From assembly GCA_039028615.1 (NCBI GenBank), contig JBCCHT010000001.1:320001-384000 (forward strand): 64,000 nt of DNA, read 5' to 3'. Positions 39,945 to 49,944 of this stretch are shown here, one piece after another. How positions within the stretch are numbered: the stretch's first letter is position 1; each line of letters opens with the position of its first letter. Position numbers and translations under genes: made by a program. Below the pieces are notes generated by a model, which had not been told where the DNA came from, ran no database searches, and worked only from the letters and a program-made list of their open reading frames with translations. The stretch comes from Myxococcota bacterium. GTDB taxonomy: Bacteria > Myxococcota_A > Polyangia > Nannocystales > Nannocystaceae.

Positions 39945-40198
39945 GTGCCAAGACCACCGTCTCGCAATACGTGGTGACGCCCGCCAACGTGCAGGCGAAC
40001 ATCGACGCCGCGCTGTACGTCGCCAACCAGACCGAGATTCTGACGACGGCGTCCACGGTTGCCGCGGCCCTGCTCGCCGCCGGGGAACCTCAGGGTGCTC
40101 CGGTCCTGGCGATCGTGCCGGTGATCCAGAGCCAGGTGGCCGAGTTTCCGGCCGAGCTCGCGGCAGCAACGGCGATCGCCCAGGCTCCCTTCGCCTGA
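39941..40198 (+). CDS. Ala/Val/Thr/Gln-rich small protein (85 aa)
   Basis: MSAKTTVSQYVVTPANVQANIDAALYVANQTEILTTASTVAAALLAAG... Confidence 0.75.
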   Translation: MSAKTTVSQYVVTPANVQANIDAALYVANQTEILTTASTVAAALLAAGEPQGAPVLAIVPVIQSQVAEFPAELAAATAIAQAPFA

Positions 40199-40225
40199 GG
40201 CGAGGGGCGGCGATTTCGGCCGCGG

Positions 40226-40888
40226 TTAGTTTCCGTCCTTCGCCATCGCCTCGGCAAGCAGCTCTCGCTGCCTCGCCTGGACTTGGTTGAGCGCGACGAG
40301 TTCGAGCGTTCGTTTGGCAACGAGCACTCCGCGTTCGCCCTGGCTCGCACAATAGCGCTTCTGTTGGTTCGTAAGCGGCAGGCCATTAAGAGCCAACCGA
40401 GAGACAGCGTCGAGCAACTCGGTTTCGAGCAAGCTCTCGTACGATACCAATTCACGCCGTAGGTGTGCCGGGGGATCCCCTTCGCCGCGATACGCATCGA
40501 CATCGAAGCAGTTCCTCGCTTCCCCGCTCTGAAATACCTGGACTCGATAGCGAACCCGTCCGCCGTCCGGTACGAGTTTGAAATCGGCCAAGTGCGTCCA
40601 GCCATCGTCGTCGCGCTCCGTCGGTACGAGCACGAACCCAGACACCGCATACTCGTCCTTTCCCGGCAATGCGGGCGTAACCCTCACAGAGAGAGTAGCG
40701 TCGCCCCCTCGAACGTAGACCATGGGAACGACGCGGAACCCGGGCTCCACGTTGCCTAAATCTTCGGGGACCACTACGGAGCCTTCCTTCTCACACGCGA
40801 CCGAGGTCCACTTCCCCGCCTCATCGAGACACCAAAGGGCGCCGGCTTCCGCGTCGTACAGATGCCGAACGATAGCAAGGTCGCTCAC
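40226..40888 (-). CDS. Hypothetical protein
   Basis: 220-aa ORF; GTGA overlap with the upstream gene; more AT-rich codons than the flanks. Confidence 0.65.
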   Translation of the reverse strand: MSDLAIVRHLYDAEAGALWCLDEAGKWTSVACEKEGSVVVPEDLGNVEPGFRVVPMVYVRGGDATLSVRVTPALPGKDEYAVSGFVLVPTERDDDGWTHLADFKLVPDGGRVRYRVQVFQSGEARNCFDVDAYRGEGDPPAHLRRELVSYESLLETELLDAVSRLALNGLPLTNQQKRYCASQGERGVLVAKRTLELVALNQVQARQRELLAEAMAKDGN

Positions 40889-41538
40889 AGCGCACCTCCA
40901 AAATCTGCCATCCTCGACAGATTGCCGAGAACTCTATCTCCATCGCGACCTAATATCCTAAGGCGCCTAGCCAACAGATTTCCCGCCGGCTCCGGCGTTG
41001 CAGCAACGCGAAAATCCTCACCGACCCCCCCGGTGTCGGGCTCCACGACGGGCTCGGGCTCTTCCTCAATTAGAGTCCCCGGCAAACCCGCATGTGCATT
41101 TGACGAAGTCTCACGCAGACCCAAGAGGTGCGGATCCGCGAACAGGTTCTCTACATTCGCGTTTTCACCCAGAGAGCCATCGGGAAGCCCCTCAATACTC
41201 TCGACCGAGCGAAAGAGAACCTCGAACGTCCGATCGCCGATCGCGATTCTCACCGAGACCCCCTCATCCACGAAGCTGACTTCGATGTTGCCAAGCGATG
41301 GTGGCATTGCTGCGCTCGACATGCTCCAGGCTGTCGCGAATTCGCTCGAGGTCATACCGGTTGCCGGTAGGAAAGCTAGGTCGACATTGCCTCCCGTGAG
41401 TGAGTTGGGTAGCGGCGCTGGAACGTCGACGCTATTGGTTTGCGTAGTAGAGAAGGGTTCAAACCCCTCCCCCATTTGACCGAGAATGAGCCCGTTTTCG
41501 TCTACGCCCACAAACAGATCGTATTTCAACATCACCAT
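40885..41538 (-). CDS. Hypothetical protein
   Basis: 217-aa acidic ORF just downstream of the kinase; AT-richer. Confidence 0.65.
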   Translation of the reverse strand: MVMLKYDLFVGVDENGLILGQMGEGFEPFSTTQTNSVDVPAPLPNSLTGGNVDLAFLPATGMTSSEFATAWSMSSAAMPPSLGNIEVSFVDEGVSVRIAIGDRTFEVLFRSVESIEGLPDGSLGENANVENLFADPHLLGLRETSSNAHAGLPGTLIEEEPEPVVEPDTGGVGEDFRVAATPEPAGNLLARRLRILGRDGDRVLGNLSRMADFGGAL

Positions 41539-41555
41539 CGCATCTCACCGAGTCC

Positions 41556-44228
41556 TTACTTTCTCTGAGGTTGTTTCGTCATCGCTCTCAAATTCTGGAG
41601 ACTCTGCATCCGCCCCGACTTCTCGAACCACGACGCTGCATGGTCGAGCTCGGAACGACACTCCGTCGCCCGACCCAACTCGAGGAGCACACGGCATCGG
41701 GCGCTCGTGTTGTAAGCCAAGTTAGCCTCGTTCCCCGGGCTCATCTCAAGTAGCAGTTCGTGCTCGCGCCCGAGCTGCACCAGTGCCTCTTCGTAGCGTC
41801 CTACGCCCATCAATGCGAACCCGTAGTAGCGCCGCATGGACTGCCGTGCCCCTCGCTGCTGTCGGTCATGGGGTAGTTCACGAAGTGCTGCCCCCGCTCT
41901 TTCGCAGTAAGGCAACGCCGACGCATAGTCCCCCTTTCGCACGACGATTTCGCACTGTCGCCCCAGTGAGAACGCAGCGATCCGTGAGAAACGAATATCC
42001 CCGACTTGTGGAACCGCGAGTTCCTCGACCTTTCGATACTGGGCCATTGCGGGCTCCAAACGACCCGATTTCAAATACACCCGCCCCAGGCGGAGTTCGT
42101 CATGAACAGTGCTCGAGTGTTTGGGTCCATAGGTCCGATGCCTCAGCTCCAGGTTGTGCAAATACGAAGCGATCGCGTCATCGTACCGTTTCAAGTCGCA
42201 TAGCGCCGCGGCGTGATTGGACCGTGCGATAAGGGCCGCCAAGCTCTGATGTCCCTGACGAACGGAGAGCAACTCGTAGGCCCTTTGGGCGTGCCCGGCC
42301 GCCGCCTCTAAGTTCCGAAGTCGGAACTCCAGGTTCGACATCGCGGAGTGGTACTGCCCGGCGACCTCGCTGTACACCGCCCCCGCCCGCTGGAGCTTGA
42401 CCCTCCCCATCTTCCCGTAGCGCACGGCATCGTCGAGCTCGCCCCACATCAAGGTCACAACATCGATCAGTTCGGCGTAGGCCTCGGCCGCCAGCAGGTC
42501 ATCCCCGAGACGCTCGGCGAGCAGTGCAGACTCCTCGAGATGTTTCACCGCCGCTTCGGGGTCGTTGAAGAGAATCTCGAGCTTGCCGATCGAGAACGAG
42601 ACCTGAGCTGCAACGACGACATCCGAGGCTTTCTCCGCCCGCCCCCGCAGCGCCCGCGCTCGCGTCAGCGCCCGCTCGTCATCGCCTTCGAGCTGCAGCC
42701 GCCGCACCGCTTCGAGTTCCTCGATGAGCTCCGCGCTGGCCGAGCCGAACACGGGCCGCCCTTGCGGAGCGACGCACAGCTGCGGCGGGTGCAGGTTCCC
42801 AAAGGCTCCCTCGAGACCCTCCGCAGACTCCCGGCTCCGCACCACCTCGGCCGTCGTGTTGAACTCTCTGGCCCCCTGCCCCAAGCATGCGAGCGCCTGA
42901 GTGTGAGCGGCTCCAACGCTCTCGCCTCGTTGGGCAGCGCGGCAAAGCCCCTCGACCGTCTGTGTCCACGATTCGCTGTACCGCGCAGCGTTGTCGTCGA
43001 CGATGCTCCACGGGCTGACGGAAACGGCCGCGGCGGACTCGGGGGCACGAGGCGTCCACGCCTCGGGCGACCACCGGATCGCTAGCTCCTGCCCGGGCTC
43101 CAAACACGGGTCGACGGGAACCTCGACTTCGATCTTCTGCGCGCTCGCCACGAACGCCCAGGTGATGGCCGCGAGACTCACCGCGCTCGCCGTCAACCAG
43201 GGCCACCATGGCCGACGCGGCGTCAACTGAGCGATGAGTTCGTCCATCGCCCCGAAGCGATCGGAGGGCTGCAACGACAGCCCGCGGACGAGCGCGGCGA
43301 AGACCCGCGCCGAGCCCTTGAAGTTGGCCGGGCGACTGCCGAGCCCCACCGCGACGCGCTGTTGGTACTCGTCCGCGTCGCGACTCGCACCGAAGGGCAG
43401 GGTCCCCGTCAGCGCCTCGAACAGCGCCACGCAAAAGGAGAACTGATCGCTCTTCGCGGTGGTCGCCTTGCCGCGTAGTTGCTCGGGCGCGCAGTAGCCG
43501 GGAGTCAGGCCGACCGTGGCGCTACCTTCAATGGTCATCCCCACCATACGCCTCGGAGCGGTGGTCACCTGATCCAAGGCTTCTTTGGCCGCCGAGTCCA
43601 TCTCCTCCGCCTGCGCGAGGGCCAAACCGAAGTCCGCGACCTTGACCTCTCCCTCGCGACCGAGCAACACGTTGTGGGGCTTGAAGTCACGATGCACGAT
43701 GCCTTCGCGATGTGCCGCACCGAGGCCTCGCGCCGCATCGACGTATCGGGTGACGATCTCGTCGGCGCTCCGCTCGACCTTCCGCTGCCATTGCATGAAC
43801 GTCGAGCCTTCGACGTACTCCATGACCACGAAGGCCTGCGATCCGCCCATGCCCAGATCCACATCGTGGACCTGCACCACGTTCGGATGGGAGAGACGGG
43901 CGAGCGCAACCCCCTCTCGCACGAGGCGACGGCGCTGGCGAGGACTGGGCACGTTGACGATCTTCAGAGCGACCTGCCGCTCGAGCCAAGTATCCCGTGC
44001 CTCGAGTACGGTCCCCATCGCTCCGCGACCAGCGTGCCGAACGACCTCGTACCGATCGAGAAAGCGTTGCGGCGCCCCCTCCGTGGTGACTTCCTCACCG
44101 TGGACCTGTCGCTGCACCGCGGCCTGGACCTGCTCGAGCGCAAGCAGATCTGCCGCGTGATGCGGTAGTTCGCAGCCACGCGCGTCCGCGGAAGCCGGCT
44201 CCGACTCCCAAGTTGATTCGGTATTCAT
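41556..44228 (-). CDS. Ser/Thr protein kinase with TPR repeats
   Basis: GRGAMGTV, VALK, HRDFKPHN, DFGLA, TPGYCAPE, TM segment and TPRs. Confidence 0.93.
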   Translation of the reverse strand: MNTESTWESEPASADARGCELPHHAADLLALEQVQAAVQRQVHGEEVTTEGAPQRFLDRYEVVRHAGRGAMGTVLEARDTWLERQVALKIVNVPSPRQRRRLVREGVALARLSHPNVVQVHDVDLGMGGSQAFVVMEYVEGSTFMQWQRKVERSADEIVTRYVDAARGLGAAHREGIVHRDFKPHNVLLGREGEVKVADFGLALAQAEEMDSAAKEALDQVTTAPRRMVGMTIEGSATVGLTPGYCAPEQLRGKATTAKSDQFSFCVALFEALTGTLPFGASRDADEYQQRVAVGLGSRPANFKGSARVFAALVRGLSLQPSDRFGAMDELIAQLTPRRPWWPWLTASAVSLAAITWAFVASAQKIEVEVPVDPCLEPGQELAIRWSPEAWTPRAPESAAAVSVSPWSIVDDNAARYSESWTQTVEGLCRAAQRGESVGAAHTQALACLGQGAREFNTTAEVVRSRESAEGLEGAFGNLHPPQLCVAPQGRPVFGSASAELIEELEAVRRLQLEGDDERALTRARALRGRAEKASDVVVAAQVSFSIGKLEILFNDPEAAVKHLEESALLAERLGDDLLAAEAYAELIDVVTLMWGELDDAVRYGKMGRVKLQRAGAVYSEVAGQYHSAMSNLEFRLRNLEAAAGHAQRAYELLSVRQGHQSLAALIARSNHAAALCDLKRYDDAIASYLHNLELRHRTYGPKHSSTVHDELRLGRVYLKSGRLEPAMAQYRKVEELAVPQVGDIRFSRIAAFSLGRQCEIVVRKGDYASALPYCERAGAALRELPHDRQQRGARQSMRRYYGFALMGVGRYEEALVQLGREHELLLEMSPGNEANLAYNTSARCRVLLELGRATECRSELDHAASWFEKSGRMQSLQNLRAMTKQPQRK

Positions 44229-44242
44229 CAGAGGGTCTCAGG

Positions 44243-44896
44243 TCAAAGAAGTCGACGTGCCATGGTCGACAACAACTCGGCTAGCTCGTCGTCGCTGGCA
44301 ATTTCCCGACGCTTGGACGTCTCGCGCTCGCTGACGTTGCCGTAGGCGACCACGAGCTTCTTCTTGGCCATGCGAAGACGACTGGAAATGGTGCCCAAAG
44401 GCGCCCCCATGGCATCAGCAACCTCTTCTTGGCGCATGCCCTGCCAATACTTGAGCTGAATGACAGTCTGCTGGTCGATGGAAAGCTCGTCCATGGCTAG
44501 CAGCAAGATGTCGACGTGTTCCTGCATCTTGATCAAGGTGGAGGGGCCGGGGGAGAGGTCGGCCAGGGGTACGGATGCGATGTCTTCGACATCGCAGAAC
44601 GCCGATTTCCGCCGATAGAACCCGACCAGCATGTAACGAGCAATGCCGAATAGATAGGCGGCGAAACTTGCGACGTGGTCGAGGCCACGCCCTCGTCGTT
44701 GCTCCGCACACGCGACATAGGTCGCTTGCACGAGGTCTTGGACGTCGTGCTCGGAGGAGAGCTTGGACCGAAAATATCTCTGCAATGGTAGGAAGTGTCG
44801 CTTCATCAGCACATTGCCCGCCACGACGTCACCATTGCGCCACAGTGACAGCAACTCCTCGTCAGCAAGGGCCGTCTGTGCCTCCCCTCTTCCCAT
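44243..44896 (-). CDS. ECF sigma-70 factor
   Basis: DEELLSLWRNGD, DLVQATY, YLFGIAR and GTISSRLR; similar to 17968-18585. Confidence 0.92.
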   Translation of the reverse strand: MGRGEAQTALADEELLSLWRNGDVVAGNVLMKRHFLPLQRYFRSKLSSEHDVQDLVQATYVACAEQRRGRGLDHVASFAAYLFGIARYMLVGFYRRKSAFCDVEDIASVPLADLSPGPSTLIKMQEHVDILLLAMDELSIDQQTVIQLKYWQGMRQEEVADAMGAPLGTISSRLRMAKKKLVVAYGNVSERETSKRREIASDDELAELLSTMARRLL

Positions 44897-45147
44897 GTTC
44901 ACCGCCGATACCACGCGAGCAGGCTAGCATGATGGTCATCGACCGCTCGATCGTGAACATCGTTCGTCGTGAAGTTTATGCGAAATAAAAATTTGTCAGA
45001 CAGGACTACGCGGCGGCGTACATGCCACGCAGACCAATGTCGAAAGAGACACCAACTGCACTCGCGCCGACGATGGTTCGGGCGAGAGCCTCCGGTCGAC
45101 CCGGGACAGCCGAATCGACCGGAGTCAGTGCGACGTTGCGTCACACG

Positions 45148-45552
45148 CTACGAAATGGGCATGAACTCGAGCCATACCAACCTCGCCTCGATCCACTGCC
45201 AATCGGGACCCGAGGCCTGATCGTACTCGTAGCTGTATCCGTCTTCCATGCGGACGTCGGAGATGACGAGGTCGGCGGTCTCGCCCGAGTCGAGCCAGAC
45301 GGTGACCAGCAGATCACCCTCGAAGGGCTCGGACTCCACGTAGTGGACCCCGATACGGGCTTCGTCGGTGTTGTTGGCGTTCGAGGTCTCGACCGTACGT
45401 ACACCACACGTGGTGCAGATGGGGTCGGGATACTCGGGGTCGTCGTCCGGGCCGACGACCTCGGTGGGAATGGGGTCCGACGCTTGGGCAGTGCCCGGCG
45501 TCATGAGACCGAGGGGCAGCATCAGCAGCCCCGCAAGGGACTTCAGTTCCAT
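45148..45552 (-). CDS. Small secreted protein
   Basis: Signal peptide ending AQA-S; acidic mature part with CTTC. Confidence 0.7.
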   Translation of the reverse strand: MELKSLAGLLMLPLGLMTPGTAQASDPIPTEVVGPDDDPEYPDPICTTCGVRTVETSNANNTDEARIGVHYVESEPFEGDLLVTVWLDSGETADLVISDVRMEDGYSYEYDQASGPDWQWIEARLVWLEFMPIS

Positions 45553-45767
45553 CGCGATGTTCCAGTCGATGCGCAAACGGGAAGACCCGGGGGCCATCGA
45601 TGCGCAGGTCGACGAACCGGGTGGAAGCCGAGCAACGTGACTTCCACTCGGTTAGTGGGCAGGGCGCGGAAACAATTTGATCTCGGGATGACTTTCGTCG
45701 GGCGCGGCCGAGGCTCGATGTGTCATCCTCGGCCAGCGAGTTCACGACCCGCGCCGCGCCCCCAACG

Positions 45768-46523
45768 ATGACCAAGCGAACGCAGCCACGAAGCTGGGTG
45801 GAGCTTCCCCCCAAGACCATCGAGCGCGCACTCGATGGCGATCGAGCCGCATTCGAGGAGGTCTACACGCACTACTCGGGCATCGTCCGGGGTGCGGTCG
45901 CGTCCCGGATTCGCCGCTGGCCATCACTCTCGTCTCAGATGGAAGACATCCTGAGCGACATCTGGGTGCAGCTGCTCGCCGACGACCGCAAGGTCCTGCG
46001 CTACTACGATCCCGACCGCGGACCCTTCGGCTACTTCATCCGGCTCGTCGCGGCTACCAAGGTCTCCACCGTCTTGCGTCGGCAGGCTCGTCGAAGCGGA
46101 GCCGCAGCCACGATCGTCGATCTTCCCGTGGAATACGACGAAGAGATCGAGCGAGTGCTGATGCAGCGCGACTTCATCGAAGCGCTATGGGCCGAGGCCC
46201 AAACCACGCTCAAGGACGTCGACCAACAGCTGCTCACCCAAGTGCTCGTGCTCGGGCGGGAGACCAAGGAAGTCGCGGCCGAGCTCGGGCTCAAGCGAGA
46301 CGCCGCGTACCAGCGCATCAACCGACTTCGGCGTCGCCTCACGCAGATCGCTGAGCGGCTGCTGGCCGACGGCAGTGGCACCCGACGCTCGAGCCCCGAC
46401 TTCGCGGCGGCCGTGCTGATGCAGGCGCTCGTGGTCCTACCCACCCTCACCCTCGGCGCCCCTGGATCCACTGTCGGACGTTGTTTTAATCCCGACGTCA
46501 GCTCCGTGTCCCCGAAGGGCTAA
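45768..46523 (+). CDS. ECF sigma-70 factor
   Basis: GDRAAFEEVY, EDILSDIW, YDPDRGPFGYFIR and EVAAELGL...YQRINRLR. Confidence 0.88.
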   Translation: MTKRTQPRSWVELPPKTIERALDGDRAAFEEVYTHYSGIVRGAVASRIRRWPSLSSQMEDILSDIWVQLLADDRKVLRYYDPDRGPFGYFIRLVAATKVSTVLRRQARRSGAAATIVDLPVEYDEEIERVLMQRDFIEALWAEAQTTLKDVDQQLLTQVLVLGRETKEVAAELGLKRDAAYQRINRLRRRLTQIAERLLADGSGTRRSSPDFAAAVLMQALVVLPTLTLGAPGSTVGRCFNPDVSSVSPKG

Positions 46524-46532
46524 ATACGATCG

Positions 46533-47282
46533 ATGGTGCCCACCGACATTCTCGACGTCCTGGCCGCTCGCCAGACCTTGGCCACGACGCCGCGCGCGTG
46601 GTTCGATGCGGCCGAAGGGGAGATATCGATCGAGCGCGCCAGGGAGCTGGTGGCCGACCGGGAAGACCCTGCGCTCATCGAGCGCTCCGCGGCCCTGTTT
46701 CGCCCGGGAGACCCTCGGATCGAGCAACGACGGCTGCGCATGCTCGTGGGCGAGCACTTCCCCGTCCGTCGTCGTTCGTGGCGACAGCCGCTGCTCATCG
46801 GCGTGAGCCTGGCCGCCGCGCTGCTGTTGGTGCTGAACCTCGGCGATCCAGCCTCACGGGGCCCCGGCTCCGTCGCGTTGGCGCAGTACTCCATCGAGCT
46901 CGAACGCAGCGCCAAGACCCTGCGCGGGGACGAGCCCCCGTCCGTCGCGGTCTTTTTCGCCGACCGTCGGCTCCGAGCCACGCTGCGCCCGTGGACCGCA
47001 ATCACGACCCCCGTCGAAGCGGCGGCGTACGTCTGCGAGGCCGACGGCAGCCTGCGCCCCCTTCCCCTCCAGCCGCGAGCCTCCCACGACGGGGTGATCG
47101 TGGTCGACGACGCGATCGCCGATCTCGGCCTCGGGCTCGGGCTGGTCGATCTGGTGTTCGTCGTCGGCCCTCGCGGCGAGCTCCCCGTCCCCGAAGACTG
47201 CCGCGGCGACGCCCTGTTGCCCTCCCAAGACCATGCTCGAACGATTCGCACCCGCATCGAGATCCAGCCGCCGCCGGGCTAG
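46533..47282 (+). CDS. Single-TM protein, probable anti-sigma factor
   Basis: Lies between the sigma and CHAT genes; TM segment IGVSLAAALLLVL followed by ...TLRG. Confidence 0.6.
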   Translation: MVPTDILDVLAARQTLATTPRAWFDAAEGEISIERARELVADREDPALIERSAALFRPGDPRIEQRRLRMLVGEHFPVRRRSWRQPLLIGVSLAAALLLVLNLGDPASRGPGSVALAQYSIELERSAKTLRGDEPPSVAVFFADRRLRATLRPWTAITTPVEAAAYVCEADGSLRPLPLQPRASHDGVIVVDDAIADLGLGLGLVDLVFVVGPRGELPVPEDCRGDALLPSQDHARTIRTRIEIQPPPG

Positions 47283-49944
47283 CGCTGCGCTGGTCTGCGC
47301 GCTCGTAGCGAGCTGCAGCGGGGCCGAGAGCCCCGAGGCGGGGCCGCGCGCGGTCGACTCGCTCGAAGTCGACTATGGGCACTGCCTGGCCGTTCGCCAC
47401 GCCGAGGTTCCCACCTGCGTGCTCGAGAGCGACTCGCTGCGCCTGTGGCTGCGTCACCCCGATGCGGAGCATGCCACCGTCTACGTCGATGGCGTCGACA
47501 TCGAGCCCTCTCAGTTTCGTCACGAAGAACTCGTGGGTCTGGGCCTTCGGCTCACCCTCCCGGAGTCCGCTCGACACCTCAAGGTCGAAATCGACACCGC
47601 CAGCGGTGCACCCACGGCGTGGGAGCTCGAGCTGTCGCACGACGACCCGAACCCGTTGTTCGCCTCCGTCCGCACCGCCATCGACAAAGACCTCCAAAAG
47701 GGCGACACCGCGGCGGCCATCGCTCGACTCGACGACGTTCGCATCGCCTACCCCAACACCACCGAGACGCTCGATGTCGCGTTCGCGGCCGTGTTCTGGC
47801 TGGCCCGCGACGTCAATGCTCTCCCCCTGGCCGAGACCCTCCTCGACGACTACGCCCCGCTCGCCCGAAAGTCGCCCCAGGGGCGCGCGGAGCTGGCCAT
47901 CAATCGCGGCCTGCTGCACTGGTATCGCGGACGCCTCGACCAGGCCGCCATGGCCTACCGCGAGGCGGCTCAATACGCGCTCCGCTCCGAGGACTCGTAC
48001 CGCCAGATGGCCACGATTCCGATGTACGCCGACATGCTGGCGGAGCTCGGCTATCTCGGCGCAGCGATGCACTGGGTTCGACACACCGAGCGTCGGCTCG
48101 ACAAAGGCTCCAATTCGCCGGAGGTCATCGGGTCCGTGTCCCGCACCTTGGGCTGGATCGGCCTGCTCCTGAACGCCGCCGGTCGCGACGAGTCCGATCC
48201 CGGGCCCCACCTGTACGAAGCACTCGAGATCTTCGGTCCACGGGGCGCGGCACCCCGGCCCAAGAAAGTCGGCGGCGTGCGACTGGGGCTCGCCCGGCTC
48301 GCGCTCGATCGAGCTCGGCCTGGCGAAGCGCTCGCGCAGCTGGAGCAGATCGACCCCAAGAAGATCACGCCCGACGAGTACTCCCACGCCGTCGAGCTCG
48401 AGATTCGGGCGCGGCTCGAAGGCGGCGAGAGCACGCCCGAAATCGAGGCGCTCATCGAAGAATACGAAGACATCGCCTCTCGCTCGCATACCCCTCAGGT
48501 CGCGTGGACGGCCGCCGTCATCCGGGGGCGCCTCGCGGAAGTGGAAGGTCGGGTCGACGACGCGATCGAGCACTATCGCGACGCCGAAGCGCTGCGGGAC
48601 GAGGTCCTCACCCTCACTGTGTTCGGGGCGGGACGAAGCAATGCCGGCGCGCTCGATCCAGAAGCCACGGAGCGCTTGGTCACCCTGCTGCTCGATCGGG
48701 GCCGAGCCGAGGAAGCCCTGTGCACCGCCCGACTCGCCCAGGCGCGCACGGTGCAGACCCTCGTCATGCCCAGCTCGCTCAGCCGAGGCGAGCGGCGCGA
48801 CATCGAGGAGCAGACCCTCGCCTATATCGGGTTGGGCCAGCAGATCCACGACCTGGAGCGCTCCGGCCGTGAGCGCTCCGGCGAGCGGCTCGAGCGAGTG
48901 CGGCGAGAAGCGACCCAGCTGCGCCGAGAGCTCCAGCGCCAGGCCACCGCGCTCACGCTCGCGCGCGCCCAGCTCTCCGGTGGCCTCGAGTGCAGCGACC
49001 TGACGCCGCGGCAGCCGGGCGAGCTCATCGTGGCTCTTTATCCGCAGGGCCCCGACTGGGTGATGTTCGTGCTCGACGACGGCGCGCTGACGGTCCACCC
49101 GCTGGCCACCTCCGGGCGACTGTCGTCGCTGCCCACCGAACAACAGGCTGCGCTGCTCGTCGATCCCATCGCCGACCGTCTGCGAGCCGCCTCCCGGGTC
49201 CGCGTGCTCGCCACGGGCGATGCCAACCACGTCGACGTGCATGCGCTAGGGCTCGACGGCCAGCCCCTGGTCGCTCGCCTCCCCGTGCACTACGCAGCCG
49301 AGCTGCCCTCGAGCACGGCGTCCTCCGCTGTGTCCTCCGATCGACGACACGCGCTGCTGCTGGCCGATCCCACGCGCTCGCTGTGGGCGGCATCGAGCGA
49401 GGTTCGCACCGCGGGCGGGCTGCTGAGCGAAGCGGGGTGGTCGACCTCGCAGCCGAGCGACCCGGGCTCGCTCCTGCAGGTCATCGAAGAGCTCGAGACG
49501 GCCGACCTGTTCCACCACGCCGGACATGCGGACGCCGCCACCCCGACGAACGTGGCGAGCCTGTGGCCTCCCTACCAAGGAGGTGCGCCCGGCTGGCCCT
49601 CGTATCTGCAGCTCGAGCCCCCCGTACAGCTCGCGGTGCACGAGATCCTGCTGCTGTCCCACGCACCCCGCCACGTGGTGCTCAACGCGTGCCGTAGCGG
49701 GGTCGTCGACGTGCAGCACGCGGGCACGAGCCTCGCATTGGCGTTCCTGGCCGCGGGCAGCGAACAGGTCTTGGCCTCGCCCGAAGCCACCGAAGACCTG
49801 CTCGACGCCGAGCTCGGGCAGCGGCTGTACGAAGGCCTGACTCCCGGCGAGCCCCTCGACCTCGCCGTCCAGCTGCACCGGCTCATGGCACGACGCGTCG
49901 CGGCGGGCGACAGTGTGGGGCGACTACGGGTCTGGAGCCGTTGA
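47233..49944 (+). CDS. TPR-CHAT (caspase-like) domain lipoprotein
   Basis: Lipobox VASC, helical repeats, LFHHAGHA and VVLNACRSG dyad, LALAFLAAG. Confidence 0.88.
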   Translation: MLERFAPASRSSRRRASAALVCALVASCSGAESPEAGPRAVDSLEVDYGHCLAVRHAEVPTCVLESDSLRLWLRHPDAEHATVYVDGVDIEPSQFRHEELVGLGLRLTLPESARHLKVEIDTASGAPTAWELELSHDDPNPLFASVRTAIDKDLQKGDTAAAIARLDDVRIAYPNTTETLDVAFAAVFWLARDVNALPLAETLLDDYAPLARKSPQGRAELAINRGLLHWYRGRLDQAAMAYREAAQYALRSEDSYRQMATIPMYADMLAELGYLGAAMHWVRHTERRLDKGSNSPEVIGSVSRTLGWIGLLLNAAGRDESDPGPHLYEALEIFGPRGAAPRPKKVGGVRLGLARLALDRARPGEALAQLEQIDPKKITPDEYSHAVELEIRARLEGGESTPEIEALIEEYEDIASRSHTPQVAWTAAVIRGRLAEVEGRVDDAIEHYRDAEALRDEVLTLTVFGAGRSNAGALDPEATERLVTLLLDRGRAEEALCTARLAQARTVQTLVMPSSLSRGERRDIEEQTLAYIGLGQQIHDLERSGRERSGERLERVRREATQLRRELQRQATALTLARAQLSGGLECSDLTPRQPGELIVALYPQGPDWVMFVLDDGALTVHPLATSGRLSSLPTEQQAALLVDPIADRLRAASRVRVLATGDANHVDVHALGLDGQPLVARLPVHYAAELPSSTASSAVSSDRRHALLLADPTRSLWAASSEVRTAGGLLSEAGWSTSQPSDPGSLLQVIEELETADLFHHAGHADAATPTNVASLWPPYQGGAPGWPSYLQLEPPVQLAVHEILLLSHAPRHVVLNACRSGVVDVQHAGTSLALAFLAAGSEQVLASPEATEDLLDAELGQRLYEGLTPGEPLDLAVQLHRLMARRVAAGDSVGRLRVWSR

